A stretch of DNA of 39,480 bases from Octopus bimaculoides (GCF_001194135.2 NC_068990.1:57804460-57843939); one strand, 5' to 3'. Positions 12,212-24,199 are shown, counted from the stretch's first letter. The notes: generated by a model not told the origin, from the sequence alone. Numbers and translations: made by a program.

Positions 12212-12315
12212 CCGGTGGAGGCTGGAATTGATTGACGGAGATGGCGGAGACTGAAGACAATTGACAGAGGTTGGCGGAGGATGGCGGAAGCTGACGGAGG
12301 TTGACGAAGGCTGGC
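12212..12315. repeat. Degenerate GC-rich 10 bp minisatellite (HTGRCGGAGG, ~10 units)
   Basis: Units include atggcggaga, ttgacagagg, ttggcggagg, atggcggaag, ctgacggagg and ttgacgaagg. Confidence 0.75.
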
Positions 12316-13493
12316 AATGTCAGCACCAGAGCCGCTCTTGTTTGTGACACCATATTGTTGGGGGAGGCAGCCTTCTTGAATTTTAAATATTTGGATACCT
12401 CTTAGCTGAGTGTTCGGAAACCACAATTAATTTACAATGACATTGTCCCGATTAAACTGAAAAGCTGAGATTAAATAGATTTGCTTATTTGATCACATGA
12501 AATACGCAGGATAGCATAAAAAATAGAAGGCAAAATAAAAACAACAGAGCGAACAAAAAAAAGGAGATAAAGAGAAAAAATATAAAAGGGAAGTAAAGAA
12601 AGAAGAGCAAAAATGGCGCGGCTGTCGCCATTTTAAATTGATTCTTAAAGGGACGCGTCAAGTTGGTGTTATATAGAAAGAGAAATTAAACTGTTCAACA
12701 GAAAACCGTTACAGAATAACTTCTCTGAGGAAGTAAAAAATATTTATGGTTAGTGCTANNNNNNNNNNNNNNNNNNNNNNNNNNNNNNNNNNNNNNNNNN
12801 NNNNNNNNNNNNNNNNNNNNNNNNNNNNNNNNNNNNNNNNNNNNNNNNNNNNNNNNNNNNNNNNNNNNNNNNNNNNNNNNNNNNNNNNNNNNNNNNNNNN
12901 NNNNNNNNNNNNNNNNNNNNNNNNNNNNNNNNNNNNNNNNNNNNNNNNNNNNNNNNNNNNNNNNNNNNNNNNNNNNNNNNNNNNNNNNNNNNNNNNNNNN
13001 NNNNNNNNNNNNNNNNNNNNNNNNNNNNNNNNNNNNNNNNNNNNNNNNNNNNNNNNNNNNNNNNNNNNNNNNNNNNNNNNNNNNNNNNNNNNNNNNNNNN
13101 NNNNNNNNNNNNNNNNNNNNNNNNNNNNNNNNNNNNNNNNNNNNNNNNNNNNNNNNNNNNNNNNNNNNNNNNNNNNNNNNNNNNNNNNNNNNNNNNNNNN
13201 NNNNNNNNNNNNNNNNNNNNNNNNNNNNNNNNNNNNNNNNNNNNNNNNNNNNNNNNNNNNNNNNNNNNNNNNNNNNNNNNNNNNNNNNNNNNNNNNNNNN
13301 NNNNNNNNNNNNNNNNNNNNNNNNNNNNNNNNNNNNNNNNNNNNNNNNNNNNNNNNNNNNNNNNNNNNNNNNNNNNNNNNNNNNNNNNNNNNNNNNNNNN
13401 NNNNNNNNNNNNNNNNNNNNNNNNNNNNNNNNNNNNNNNNNNNNNNACACACACAATATCTCTCTCTCTCAAGATCTACATATGTATAAATAA

Positions 13494-13526
<33 letters not shown>

Positions 13527-13647
13527 TATAATATAATATAGGATAAAATCTTTATAAGAATTTATCAAGTAGTCAGCGATAGCGTGAGGCATTACTATAT
13601 AGTTATTATATAGTTAATGCCCTTATATAAATTACATATATATATAT

Positions 13648-13679
<32 letters not shown>

Positions 13680-13684
13680 AGATA

Positions 13685-13867
13685 GGGCGGCGAGTTGGCA
13701 GAATCGTTAGCACGCCAGTCACAATGCATTTTGAGTTCAAATTCCGCCGAGGTCGACTTTGCCTTTCATCTTTTCGAAATCGCTAAAAACTAGTTGAGCA
13801 CTGGAGTCGATTTAATCGACTAGCGCCCTCCCTGGATGTTGCTGGCTTGGTGCCAAAATTTGAAACT
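13685..13867 (+). mobile_element. SINE family A with internal deletion
   Basis: ggcggcgagttggcagaatcgttagcacgcc...gagttcaaattccgccgaggtcgactttgcc...gtgccaaaatttgaaac. Confidence 0.85.
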
Positions 13868-15065
13868 AATGTGTGTGTATATATACATATGTGTGTGTGT
13901 GTGTGTGTGTGTGTGTTGTGTTTGTGTGTATATATATATACATGCACATACACGCACTTTAACAAGCGTCACTGGGTGAAAGAATACAAAGATTCTTTTT
14001 AAATAACTGATGTGTGACATTTATTTGAAGACTGCTCCTTAGAAAATGCACCCGATTTCCGTACCCAGTTTATAGCATATGTCTACTGTCATAAATTAGG
14101 CTAGCACAATAAGTAAGGCTGGCACGATTAACCATTAATAAGACAGTAGCTATTTTATGCATAACACATCTTAAAGCAGAGCTGAAGATGAGCTATGCTA
14201 CTGATTGGAATAGCCAGTCAGGCACGATTCTCTGCAGAAGAGTCGACAAACCAAGAAACTGTCTGTTAGAAGACTCCCTACATCTTTTACCTACACATTA
14301 ATTTCTTAGAAAGTGTTGAGACTTTTAATTCATCCACGTGGAAGCGTTTTAAGAATAAAATATATCTAACTGTTTATTTTCGCTGTTTTTTTCTTTTTTT
14401 TTTCTTTTTTTTTTGCATAACATACAGAGATTAAAATTGGGTAGACGGAAATTAGATAAAAGGCGGTTTGCTAGACAACACCGGTAATTCGGGTATCAAG
14501 TTGCATTGAAATTGAGGATACACGTAACTGAAGAATGCAGAAAAGCAGCAAATGAGTTGATCGAACGACTGATTCTTCATTGCCGAATGACAAACGTCCA
14601 CCATCCGCACTACCATCCACTACCATCACGACCACGAAAAACGGGAACAAAAAGTTAGCATAGACCAAGTTTTAATGTTCATATTTAAGAGAAACAAAAT
14701 ACTTTCTGTTCAGAATTTGCAAAAAAAACCAAAAAAAAAACCAGCCAATAGTATCAATCAGATTGAAGAAAAACATCGATGAATATAGTTGGGAAATACA
14801 CTCTTTTGCACTGTACAATTCAGAGTCTGCCAATGGGGAGTTAAGTTGTAATTAAATTTCTTTAAGTACTTTACATTTTAATTAGTTTCGAGTTATCTGA
14901 TACTTGTATAGATAAAAATACCGTGTATGTGTGTGTACGTGTGTATGTGTGTGTGTGCCTGTGTGTGTGTGTGCCTCTGTGTGAGCATGTGTATATGTGT
15001 GTGTGTGCGTGGTGGTAAGTCTGCCTCAAATAGAATAGCACCCAATTAGATAAGAGAAGAGAAAT

Positions 15066-15414
15066 AATGTTATAATCAAAATTACAAGTCTTGTGAAATA
15101 CAACTACCTAGGGTTTCGAGGCCGAAAACGTTAATTTATTTCGCCATTTTTTCGAGCTGTGAACAAGGCCGTTTGTCATTTACTTTTAAAGCCTACGTTT
15201 ATTTGACATTTGTTTATTTTAACATCGGTTATCTTTCCTGTGTTTTTTTACATAGCTTCTTCCTTATGAGCGTCCTCTCTTCAAACGTCATCTGCTTTAA
15301 AAGCAAACGACAAACGGTCTTGTACCCAGCTTGAAAAATGACGAAATAAATTGATGTTTCGCCACAAAACTCTGGGTAGCTGTATTTCACGAGACTGGTG
15401 GTTTTCATTATAAC

Positions 15415-15417
<3 letters not shown>
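15066..15417. mobile_element. Foldback/MITE with ~125 bp imperfect inverted arms
   Basis: 15066-15192 aligns to the reverse complement of 15294-15417 at roughly 80% identity by eye. It is flanked by TA, and a solo arm remnant occurs at 39006-39087. Confidence 0.8.
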
Positions 15418-15421
<4 letters not shown>

Positions 15422-15451
<30 letters not shown>

Positions 15452-15468
15452 GTGTATGTATGTATGTA

Positions 15469-15499
<31 letters not shown>

Positions 15500-15522
15500 A
15501 TGTATGTATGTATGTATGTATG
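15422..15522. repeat. (TATG)n / (TG)n compound microsatellite
   Basis: Direct reading. Confidence 0.95.
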
Positions 15523-15590
15523 AATGTGTGTGTATATATAGCAGTAAAGTCGATAGAGTACCGTGAACTTTCTGTGGAGGGTGGTAAATC

Positions 15591-15620
15591 TAGCGTTTCG
15601 GAAACAATCCTTCTTCAGGG
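15591..15620 (-). ncRNA. Minimal type I hammerhead-ribozyme-like motif (Penelope-type remnant)
   Basis: Minus strand reads ccc CTGAAGA a gga ttgtt tcc GAAAC gcta: intact core and stem II, weak stems I and III. Confidence 0.45.
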
Positions 15621-15966
15621 GAGAGTTGAATGGAGAAAAATTGAGAGACGGTTGAGTTCTACATCCTCTAATTAAAAAAAATCTAGTACCAACACATACA
15701 AACATAAATATGTATGTATGTAAATGTATATGTATATGCGTGTGTGTATACATACATNNNNNNNNNNNNNNNNNNNNNNNNNNNNNNNNNNNNNNNNNNN
15801 NNNNNNNNNNNNNNNNNNNNNNNNNNNNNNNNNNNNNNNNNNNNNNNNNNNNNNNNNNNNNNNNNNNNNNNNNNNNNNNNNNNNNNNNTAATACAAATAA
15901 TATGTGAGTATATGCATATATACGTATATGTACGTACATACCTACAGCTACATGTATATATAGATG

Positions 15967-16106
15967 CATATCTGGGTACAGGACGTCACAAAAAAACGTG
16001 GAAAAAATGAAAAACAGAACATAAACAGAGCACAGAAAGCAAACAGGCCACATAGAAAATGTTTCCTTCATCAGCTGCCCCTATTCTTAACTAAGCGTTT
16101 CGAAGA
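15967..16106. mobile_element. Short dispersed repeat, probably Penelope-associated; second copy at ~38201-38292
   Basis: Both copies share tgggtacag(g/a)ac(g/a)tcacaaaaaa(a)cgt. The minus strand of this copy carries GAAAC and CTGATGA motifs. Confidence 0.45.
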
Positions 16107-16894
16107 GTTACAAATATATATATAAAATGTGCTTTTTGAATTGAATTTCTGTGCACACTGTAGGTATTTTATATGATAAACTTGCCGACTCACTTTGCCT
16201 AAGTTGTATACCAGATAGTGATAAATGATGATCAATGTAAAATATATTTTTCACATATTTTAAGACTCTCGCGTTTTATGTGCATACACATATACATACA
16301 TAAATACATACACATCTTTATACTTACATATTACATATATATACGTGTATGTGAATATGTGTGTGTGAGGGGGGTGCGCGCGCGCGTGTGTATGTACGGA
16401 AACTTACTCGGATGAACTTAAATTACTATATCAAGTTATTTTATTCAGGTATTGGAAACGGTGGTGACAGTAGAGCTCCTGAATAAAGGCGCTGCACGAT
16501 TAGGTTCTTCCTTTTCCATTCTAATTTGAATTTTCTCTAAATCCTTCCTTATTGCGTTTGGTAAAATAGATAACAGCATTGCATGTTGGTATCAGTACAA
16601 TCGAACTCAACGTCCTCTTTAAGAACTGACCTTGATGAAGTGAGAAGACGCAGTTGATTACGTCGGCCCTACTGTCTTCTTCAAAATGTATTTGCATGCA
16701 CTCACATGATGTCGCTATCTCTCACTTCCTTCTTCTCTTCCTCCACTCTCTCTCTCTCTTTATGCATACATATACATATATAATATATACGCGTAATATA
16801 AATCTTGTGTATTATATCACATTTTTGTGTTTGTGTGTGTATATATATTGTATATTAGTTTCATTATACATATATTATATATATGCATATTTAT

Positions 16895-16934
<40 letters not shown>

Positions 16935-16938
16935 GCAA

Positions 16939-16994
<56 letters not shown>

Positions 16995-17291
16995 ATATAT
17001 ATATATGTGTATATATACATATATGTATATCTTCGTGCGTGTATAAGTATGTATAAATGTGTGTGGATGTATGTATATTTATATGTGCATCACTCACAAA
17101 ATGCTCACATACACACATGCGTGCAAACACTAGGCACTCGCATCATATGTGTATTCGGGTTATCTGATTATCGATTATGTCAAGGAAAATCTGTCAAACC
17201 CCCAAATGTAAATTGACTTGTCATATATTGTTTCCGACATAAACTGATAATTAACCTGCTGTCTTGATATGCCGAACTATATACACCACTC

Positions 17292-17327
<36 letters not shown>

Positions 17328-17763
17328 ATGAGAGTGGTGGTGGTGGTGGTGATGGGGGTGGCGATGGTGGTGGTGATCTAGGGGAATTTTAGCCGCGATC
17401 GACCAAACTCATCTAAAGCAGTCAAGCCGTGACCATCTCGTCCTATTTAGTGGTTTCTACAATTATACTCATTATTTAATGTCCATTTAGCGTGTCTAAA
17501 ATGTCAGGGTGTGATTTGAGGAATGCTTGACTACTATTTCTGATATTCTTTTAGCTCGTGTATAAAAGTGTAGTTCAGTTTTGCTATAGCCCCAACGTGG
17601 TTTAGAATGCAATATTAGACTCTCTTACTTAGCTAACTTGTAATAAGCATCTCGCATTTAATGAGAAACAGCATATATATATATATATATATATCGAAGT
17701 TGATGGACATATAGCGGTACGTAAGACCGAATCAGAAAATTTCTAGTAAGACTTTTTATTGAT

Positions 17764-17813
17764 GTACCCAAAGAGACCCAGAACGGGTCGAAACATGTGT
17801 CGTACCTAATAAA
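17764..17813 (+). ncRNA. Degenerate minimal type I hammerhead ribozyme followed by AATAAA (Penelope-type terminal repeat remnant)
   Basis: gtac-CCAAAGA-gaccc agaac gggtc-GAAAC-atgt-GTC-gtac. Stems I, II and III and the GUC triplet are all in place; the core differs from CUGANGA by two transitions. Confidence 0.6.
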
Positions 17814-18672
17814 ATATTTTCTCATTCCATCTATTTTATTAATACTGTTACCCACCCGCTACTACGAAGTTCCTGCAATAACTCTACGGATAACAACAGG
17901 TAATTGATACTGTGCAGGTGCTTTACTCATCATCTACTTATACATTTTGTATAATTTCTCTATTATATATATTTATGGCATAAATTGCTTCTGAAGTAAG
18001 CTAAAAGTAATGGCTATCAAATGTCAAAAGGAAAAAAATCATAACGTTGACAAAAGTCATTCAAAAACATCTTAACTATCTATTTGCAGAAAACGAAATT
18101 ACTTACTTGCCAACCTAATATNNNNNNNNNNNNNNNNNNNNNNNNNNNNNNNNNNNNNNNNNNNNNNNNNNNNNNNNNNNNNNNNNNNNNNNNNNNNNNN
18201 NNNNNNNNNNNNNNNNNNNNNNNNNNNNNNNNNNNNNNNNNNNNNNNNNNNNNNNNNNNNNNNNNNNNNNNNNNNNNNNNNNNNNNNNNNNNNNNNNNNN
18301 NNNNNNNNNNNNNNNNNNNNNNNNNNNNNNNNNNNNNNNNNNNNNNNNNNNNNNNNNNNNNNNNNNNNNNNNNNNNNNNNNNNNNNNNNNNNNNNNNNNN
18401 NNNNNNNNNNNNNNNNNNNNNNNNNNNNNNNNNNNNNNNNNNNNNNNNNNNNNNNNNNNNNNNNNNNNNNNNNNNNNNNNNNNNNNNNNNNNNNNNNNNN
18501 NNNNNNNNNNNNNNNNNNNNNNNNNNNNNNNNNNNNNNNNNNNNNNNNNNNNNNNNNNNNNNNNNNNNNNNNNNNNNNNNNNNNNNNNNNNNNNNNNNNN
18601 NNNCCTTTAAATCCTTACTCTCTCTCTCCCTCTATTTCCCCCTCACATACGCACACACACACGTACACTTCC

Positions 18673-18674
<2 letters not shown>

Positions 18675-18707
<33 letters not shown>

Positions 18708-18708
18708 C

Positions 18709-18747
<39 letters not shown>

Positions 18748-18770
18748 CTCTTTCTTTCTTTCTTTCTTTC
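18675..18770. repeat. (TTTC)n microsatellite
   Basis: Direct reading. Confidence 0.95.
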
Positions 18771-19401
18771 TGCCAGTCTGTCTGTGTTTCTCTGTCTCTC
18801 TCTATGTCTCTCTGTCTCTGTCTCTGTCTCTGTCTGTTTTTGTTTCACTCACTCTCTCTCTCCCTATCTCTGTCTGTCTGTCTGTCTGTCTGTCTCGTTT
18901 TCACAAATTTTATCAGTTTCGTTTTGTTTTCTTCCTTTCGTATTCAAATTTCGCAAATTTCTCTAATATACATACATTTCGAAAAAATATATAAAAAGTT
19001 TCAAAACAAAACATATATTGATAATGTGATACATACATGGACACATTTATATATAAACACATATATATATGTATTGGACTTGAAACACACGCTTGGAAAT
19101 TATTCGTAGCGTTAATTGATTGAGAACATGAAGCAATGGAAATGATACAAAGAATTAGAACAAGAAATTTTCAGATATATAAAACCAACTATTGGAAGAA
19201 TGAAATACAATTGCAGTTGTCTGATATTTAAAGCGGGAAATGATTCAAATAAGATTTCCACAAATGTGTGCAAAAACTCACAATGGATGTGCGTTAAGCA
19301 GAAACTGCAAATGGACGAAAAGTGTTCTTGACATTTACTCGTACGATATAATAGAAGAAAAAAAATAAAGCTCTGAGAACTGGGAGAGTAAAAATATAGA
19401 T

Positions 19402-19403
19402 CC

Positions 19404-19491
<88 letters not shown>

Positions 19492-19525
19492 GTCTATCTA
19501 TCTATCTATCTATCTACCTATCTAT
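19402..19525. repeat. (TATC)n microsatellite
   Basis: Direct reading; the same motif (either strand) occurs at ~13660-13684, ~19995-20045 and ~26140-26235. Confidence 0.95.
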
Positions 19526-19996
19526 GTATCGCCGCGAGTGCGTGTGTGTTTGTGTGTGTGCGAGCGTGCGTGTATACATGAATACATAACAGGCATGCAA
19601 CATACGCACAGGTGCACATAAATACACACACACACACACACACACACATAGACACACAGATAAAAATACGAATATAGTGTTTGCATGTGTGTGTGTGCAA
19701 ATATAGTGTCACGTTTCTACCACAAAGAATCGTCAGAAAATCTATCATGCCGTTGACAAAACTTCGAAGTCAATTACACTATTTTTGTCAAATTTATTTA
19801 AACTCTATTTAGATTCTATTGATGTATCGCGTCTCTTCCTAGTAAATGTTACTTATTTTTCATAATATTATGAGAAACACTCACTTCAAATAGATATGTA
19901 TGCATATTGACATACACACACGCAAATATGTGTGTGTACGTGTGCGTGCGCGTATGTGTGTGTCTGTGTATGCATACGTAAATATATAAGACAGAC

Positions 19997-20046
<50 letters not shown>

Positions 20047-20109
20047 AGACGTAGATACAGATAGAAAGCTACATATATGTGTGTGCGTGTGTGTGTGTGT
20101 GTGTGTATA

Positions 20110-20412
20110 AAATACAAAATGGGACAAGAACGCAAAACATCCAGACAGTTATGTGATACAAAAAAGGGACAACAAAACATCCAGATAGATGTTACAAAGA
20201 AAACAAGGACGGGTCATTCGGAGTTTTCATTCCTCAGTCGAGTTCCAGATTATCTTTGCAATTTCGGCTGGTTATACTCTAGATTGCTCCAATCTGGCCA
20301 GCCCCAAGGAAAGACTAAGCTAAGAGCATTACATTCTTTGGAAGAAAGCAGCGAATGTATACGAAAACAAGGACGGAAAAAAACGGTGAATGTTACACAA
20401 ATACAAATAACG
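20110..20412. mobile_element. Interspersed repeat fragment, possibly Penelope-like terminus
   Basis: Internal direct repeat caaaacatccaga. The minus strand has ctgagga...ctccgaatgacccgtc, loosely hammerhead-like. It resembles an octopod repeat from memory only. Confidence 0.3.
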
Positions 20413-20559
20413 TAGGTAATCGTTATTTATTTCGTATATTTTCATTTCTCTTGCTCATTTTTACATTCTGAATTTTGGTAATGGCGATTTTGACGTCTAT
20501 ATTTGGCATATTAGGAGTCCACTTTGGTGGTCATTCCTCTTAATTTTGTATTCATATAC

Positions 20560-20720
20560 ATATATGACAGGCTTCTTTCAGTTTCCCTCTATCAGATCTA
20601 TTCACAAGGGATTGGTCGGCTTGAGGTTATAGTAGAAGACACCTGCCGAAGGTGTCACGCGGTGGGTCTGAACCAGGAACACTGTGGCTGGGAAATGAAT
20701 TTCTTATCACGCGGCTACCT
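20560..20720 (-). mobile_element. SINE family B, 5' half
   Basis: Reverse complement matches the head of 32532-32853 (ggttcag(a/t)cccac...ccttgtga...aactgaaagaag). Confidence 0.7.
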
Positions 20721-21410
20721 TATATCTACATGCATACAAACATGCATACACTTACATAAGTTTGATGCTCCTCGTGGACTACATATGTGTCTGTGTGTCG
20801 CAGTCAGGTTGCATATCAATGTATTAACCAATATTAAATTTTATATAAATGTAATTAAATTATTAATATATATCACGTATATTCATTCAGACATATATTG
20901 CATATAAATAACTTGTGTACTGTTGCATTATATGCAATAGATTTTAAACTTATGTTCATGTCCAGTGTTTGTGACAAGTTGAGTTTTGTATATGTTTAAT
21001 AATTAAAACCCATGAGGTTATATTATACAGGTATATTGAGACATAAACATAGCTACACACCTAATATTTCTAACTTATGTCTGTACGCGGCGATTGCTGC
21101 GTAAGCTCGACATTATACGTTTCTATGCCATTATTTCTCTGTCTCTATGTATGCATGTATGTATGTCTGTTTGCATATATATATACATTGGCCACTTGGG
21201 GTGAAGGTTGCAGTCATATATAGAGAGTGCGTTGCATTTAAGAAAAGGAACGTTCAAAACCCACGCCACTCTCTGCAAGCCCACTGTACACACGAACACA
21301 CGCTGGAAAACACACACACACATACAGACACACTCTCTCTCTCTCTTTCTCTCTCTCTCACACACACACGCATGGACACAAACACACACAATAGTATGTG
21401 TGTGTGTGTA

Positions 21411-21441
<31 letters not shown>

Positions 21442-21989
21442 NNNNNNNNNNNNNNNNNNNNNNNNNNNNNNNNNNNNNNNNNNNNNNNNNNNNNNNNNNN
21501 NNNNNNNNNNNNNNNNNNNNNNNNNNNNNNNNNNNNNNNNNNNNNNNNNNNNNNNNNNNNNNNNNNNNNNNNNNNNNNNNNNNNNNNNNNNNNNNNNNNN
21601 NNNNNNNNNNNNNNNNNNNNNNNNNNNNNNNNNNNNNNNNNNNNNNNNNNNNNNNNNNNNNNNNNNNNNNNNNNNNNNNNNNNNNNNNNNNNNNNNNNNN
21701 NNNNNNNNNNNNNNNNNNNNNNNNNNNNNNNNNNNNNNNNNNNNNNNNNNNNNNNNNNNNNNNNNNNNNNNNNNNNNNNNNNNGTTGCAACCTTTTCAAC
21801 GAAAATTTTAGGAAAATAAAAATAAGAAATAAGTGGAAATTTTACCGGTGAGTGTGTTAAATTTTAAGGCACAAGAAGAAAATGACTCTCCCCAGACACA
21901 ACAGAATATGCTTCAACACACGAAATCACATAAAAAATCTTGCAAACCAAATCCAAAAACGAAATATATATATATATATGTTTACAAAA

Positions 21990-22350
21990 AAGAAACAAAA
22001 GACGAAGACGGGTGTGTAAACAACAAACAGATTTATTAGTTTAACGCTCGGGAAGTGAGAAAGTCTTTTACGTTTCGAGCCTACGCTCTTCGACAGAAAG
22101 GAACACAGAAATAAATATATATAAATTTCGTTTTTGCATTTGGTTTGCATGATTCTTTATGTGAATTCGTGTGTTGAAGCATATTCTATTGTCTGGAGAG
22201 AGATATTCTCTTTTAATGCTTTATTTATTATCACACACACCGGCTCGATTTCCACTCATTTACTTATTTATTTTTTCTAAAATTTTCATTACTTCTTGCA
22301 ACCTCTTCAATAATCGTCGACTATTGAAGAGGTTACAGGAAGCAACGACA
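21990..22350 (-). mobile_element. Penelope-type terminal remnant with hammerhead-like motif (22065-22100) and hairpin (22292-22342)
   Basis: Minus strand cttt CTGTCGAA gagc gtag gctc GAAAC GTA aaag; a 13 bp perfect inverted repeat lies nearby. Confidence 0.5.
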
Positions 22351-22811
22351 TATATATATATATTAATCGGCTGCCCGATGAGCTAGGTTCCTGTTTGGGT
22401 CCGAATTGAAATGTTTTAAATAATAATATACATATCTCCTACTAAATATTCGTTTATCTACTCACTCATGTGTGTGTGTGCGTGTGTGCGTGCGTGTGTG
22501 TGTGTATGTGTGTGTAAAGGGAGAGAGAAGGTGAAAAACAAGGATACAGACCGAGAGTGGTATAGTAAAACGAAGTGAAAGAGCAAGCATGCGTGCATAT
22601 ATATGTAGAAAATTATATAGCATGTTTGAATAGGTGGACATACTGATTGATACATATGCGCAGGTACATTATTTCATAGACCTCAAAGCATGTTAAATTT
22701 GCGGCACTTGTTCTTACTTAAGTACGTGTTCATTGTAAGCAATCCCACCTTAGCTTTTCATTCATTCGCATTGTATGTATGTATGTATGTGAGCATGCAT
22801 ATATATATATG

Positions 22812-22858
<47 letters not shown>

Positions 22859-24199
22859 GCGTGTGTGTGTGTGTGTATGTGTGTGTGTGTGTGTGTGTGT
22901 GTACTCTTGTAAGCATGTTTGTATGTGCCTACTTGTGCATGTGTGCAGTAAGGTATATATGTGAGTGTGATTACGTGTATGTGATATACTTGTGTCTGTG
23001 TGGGCAACTACAAATGCGTGTATAAACCAGCAAAAGTGATACATAGACAGATGTGCTCTGAATTGAATCCACATATACCTGTTAGTCTAGCATCCTCGAT
23101 TAGTTAGGGTGTCATACAAAGATATAACCAGACATCAGAGCAGACAAAGTTCTGCGGTATATAAACGAAGTAAATGATTAAAGAAAAGTATTGGCTGTCC
23201 GCAGAAGATAGTAGAGCAAAGAGATAGGGAATTTCTACAAATTAGACCTATTGCAAGAGTAAGATTGATATCTAAGAAGGCGGCTTTCTGAAATATACGC
23301 GTTGTTAGTGCGTGTGTAAGTATGTCGGGGTGGAGAGACGGATTGAAGTGGGTGGGCGAAGGAAGCTGTGTAATAGTTGTCGCTCCATAGAGATGGCATG
23401 TTGCGTGTATAACTGCTAAATTTATTGTAATGTAATAAAGTGTCCAGATCGCAGAGACAAACGTGTAACCATAGTCGCTGCACCAGTTGAGTTAGTAAGA
23501 AAAATGAGTTTGACGTCCCTTGAGACACAGACTTCAGCCAAGAGGAAAACATGTTCACCTTTATAGAGCTTAAATTTATTTAGATTTAGCTTCTCATTTC
23601 ATCATTAATTGATTTCTTTTTCCCTTATAATTGAGCAGCAAAACATTCGGTCTATTTTTGCTAAGGCCAGTTAGTTGTACATGTGTGAGGACAGTTGCTG
23701 TGTAAAGAGAGAGAGAACACAAAGTTAAAAATATAAATCGGCTGTACTGTCGGAAGAATTTGTGACAATGAAGTCTATACATCTTGTGTAAGATGCTCTT
23801 CTGCTTGAACGATAGTCAACCAAGACATTAAACATTATAAATACTAAATACGTGTTCTGTAGGAGATGTAAATAGTATTGAAAAGAGCAGTTCAATGTCA
23901 CGTTATTCATTTTTTTTAATATATCCGATTTAAGACAAAAGTGCAGTTGTCTCGTGTACAAACACCTAACATATCAAAGATGTTTATTCAGACGCGTATA
24001 TTAATGAATAAATAAATATGTGTGAGGGAATTCACATGTAAGTTGAGGTGAAGGAGTGGGATTATTTGTGTATCTGATTGCGTTGTTTGATCACACAAAA
24101 CATATGTTCAATATACATTCGTATTCAAAGTGCCGTGTACGTACATCCTTTCTCATTGACTCTGTATCGCCATTACTCTCTCAGTCTAACTCTGTCTCT

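Noticed and set aside
14471-14668. Moderate-GC island with short ORFs in several frames
   Set aside because: No motif, splice signature or family recognised.
16449-16530. VLETVVTVELLNKGAARLGSSFSILI* (PDZ-like look) and the opposite-strand MLLSILPNAIRKDLEK (adenylyl-cyclase-like look)
   Set aside because: Short resemblance only, with in-frame stops and no convincing donor sites.
19112-19400. KWTKSVLDIY, reminiscent of RTE C-terminal WTKRVLEW
   Set aside because: Too short and no flanking motifs.
19700-19740. CTGACGA...GAAAC on the minus strand
   Set aside because: Stem II does not pair and there is no NUH triplet.
20205-20240. CTGAGGA...ccGAAT on the minus strand
   Set aside because: GAAU instead of GAAA and no consistent stem I, so not called a ribozyme.
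23235-23558. 107 aa minus-strand ORF and a + strand gtaagt donor-like site
   Set aside because: No recognisable domain; insufficient evidence for an exon or promoter.
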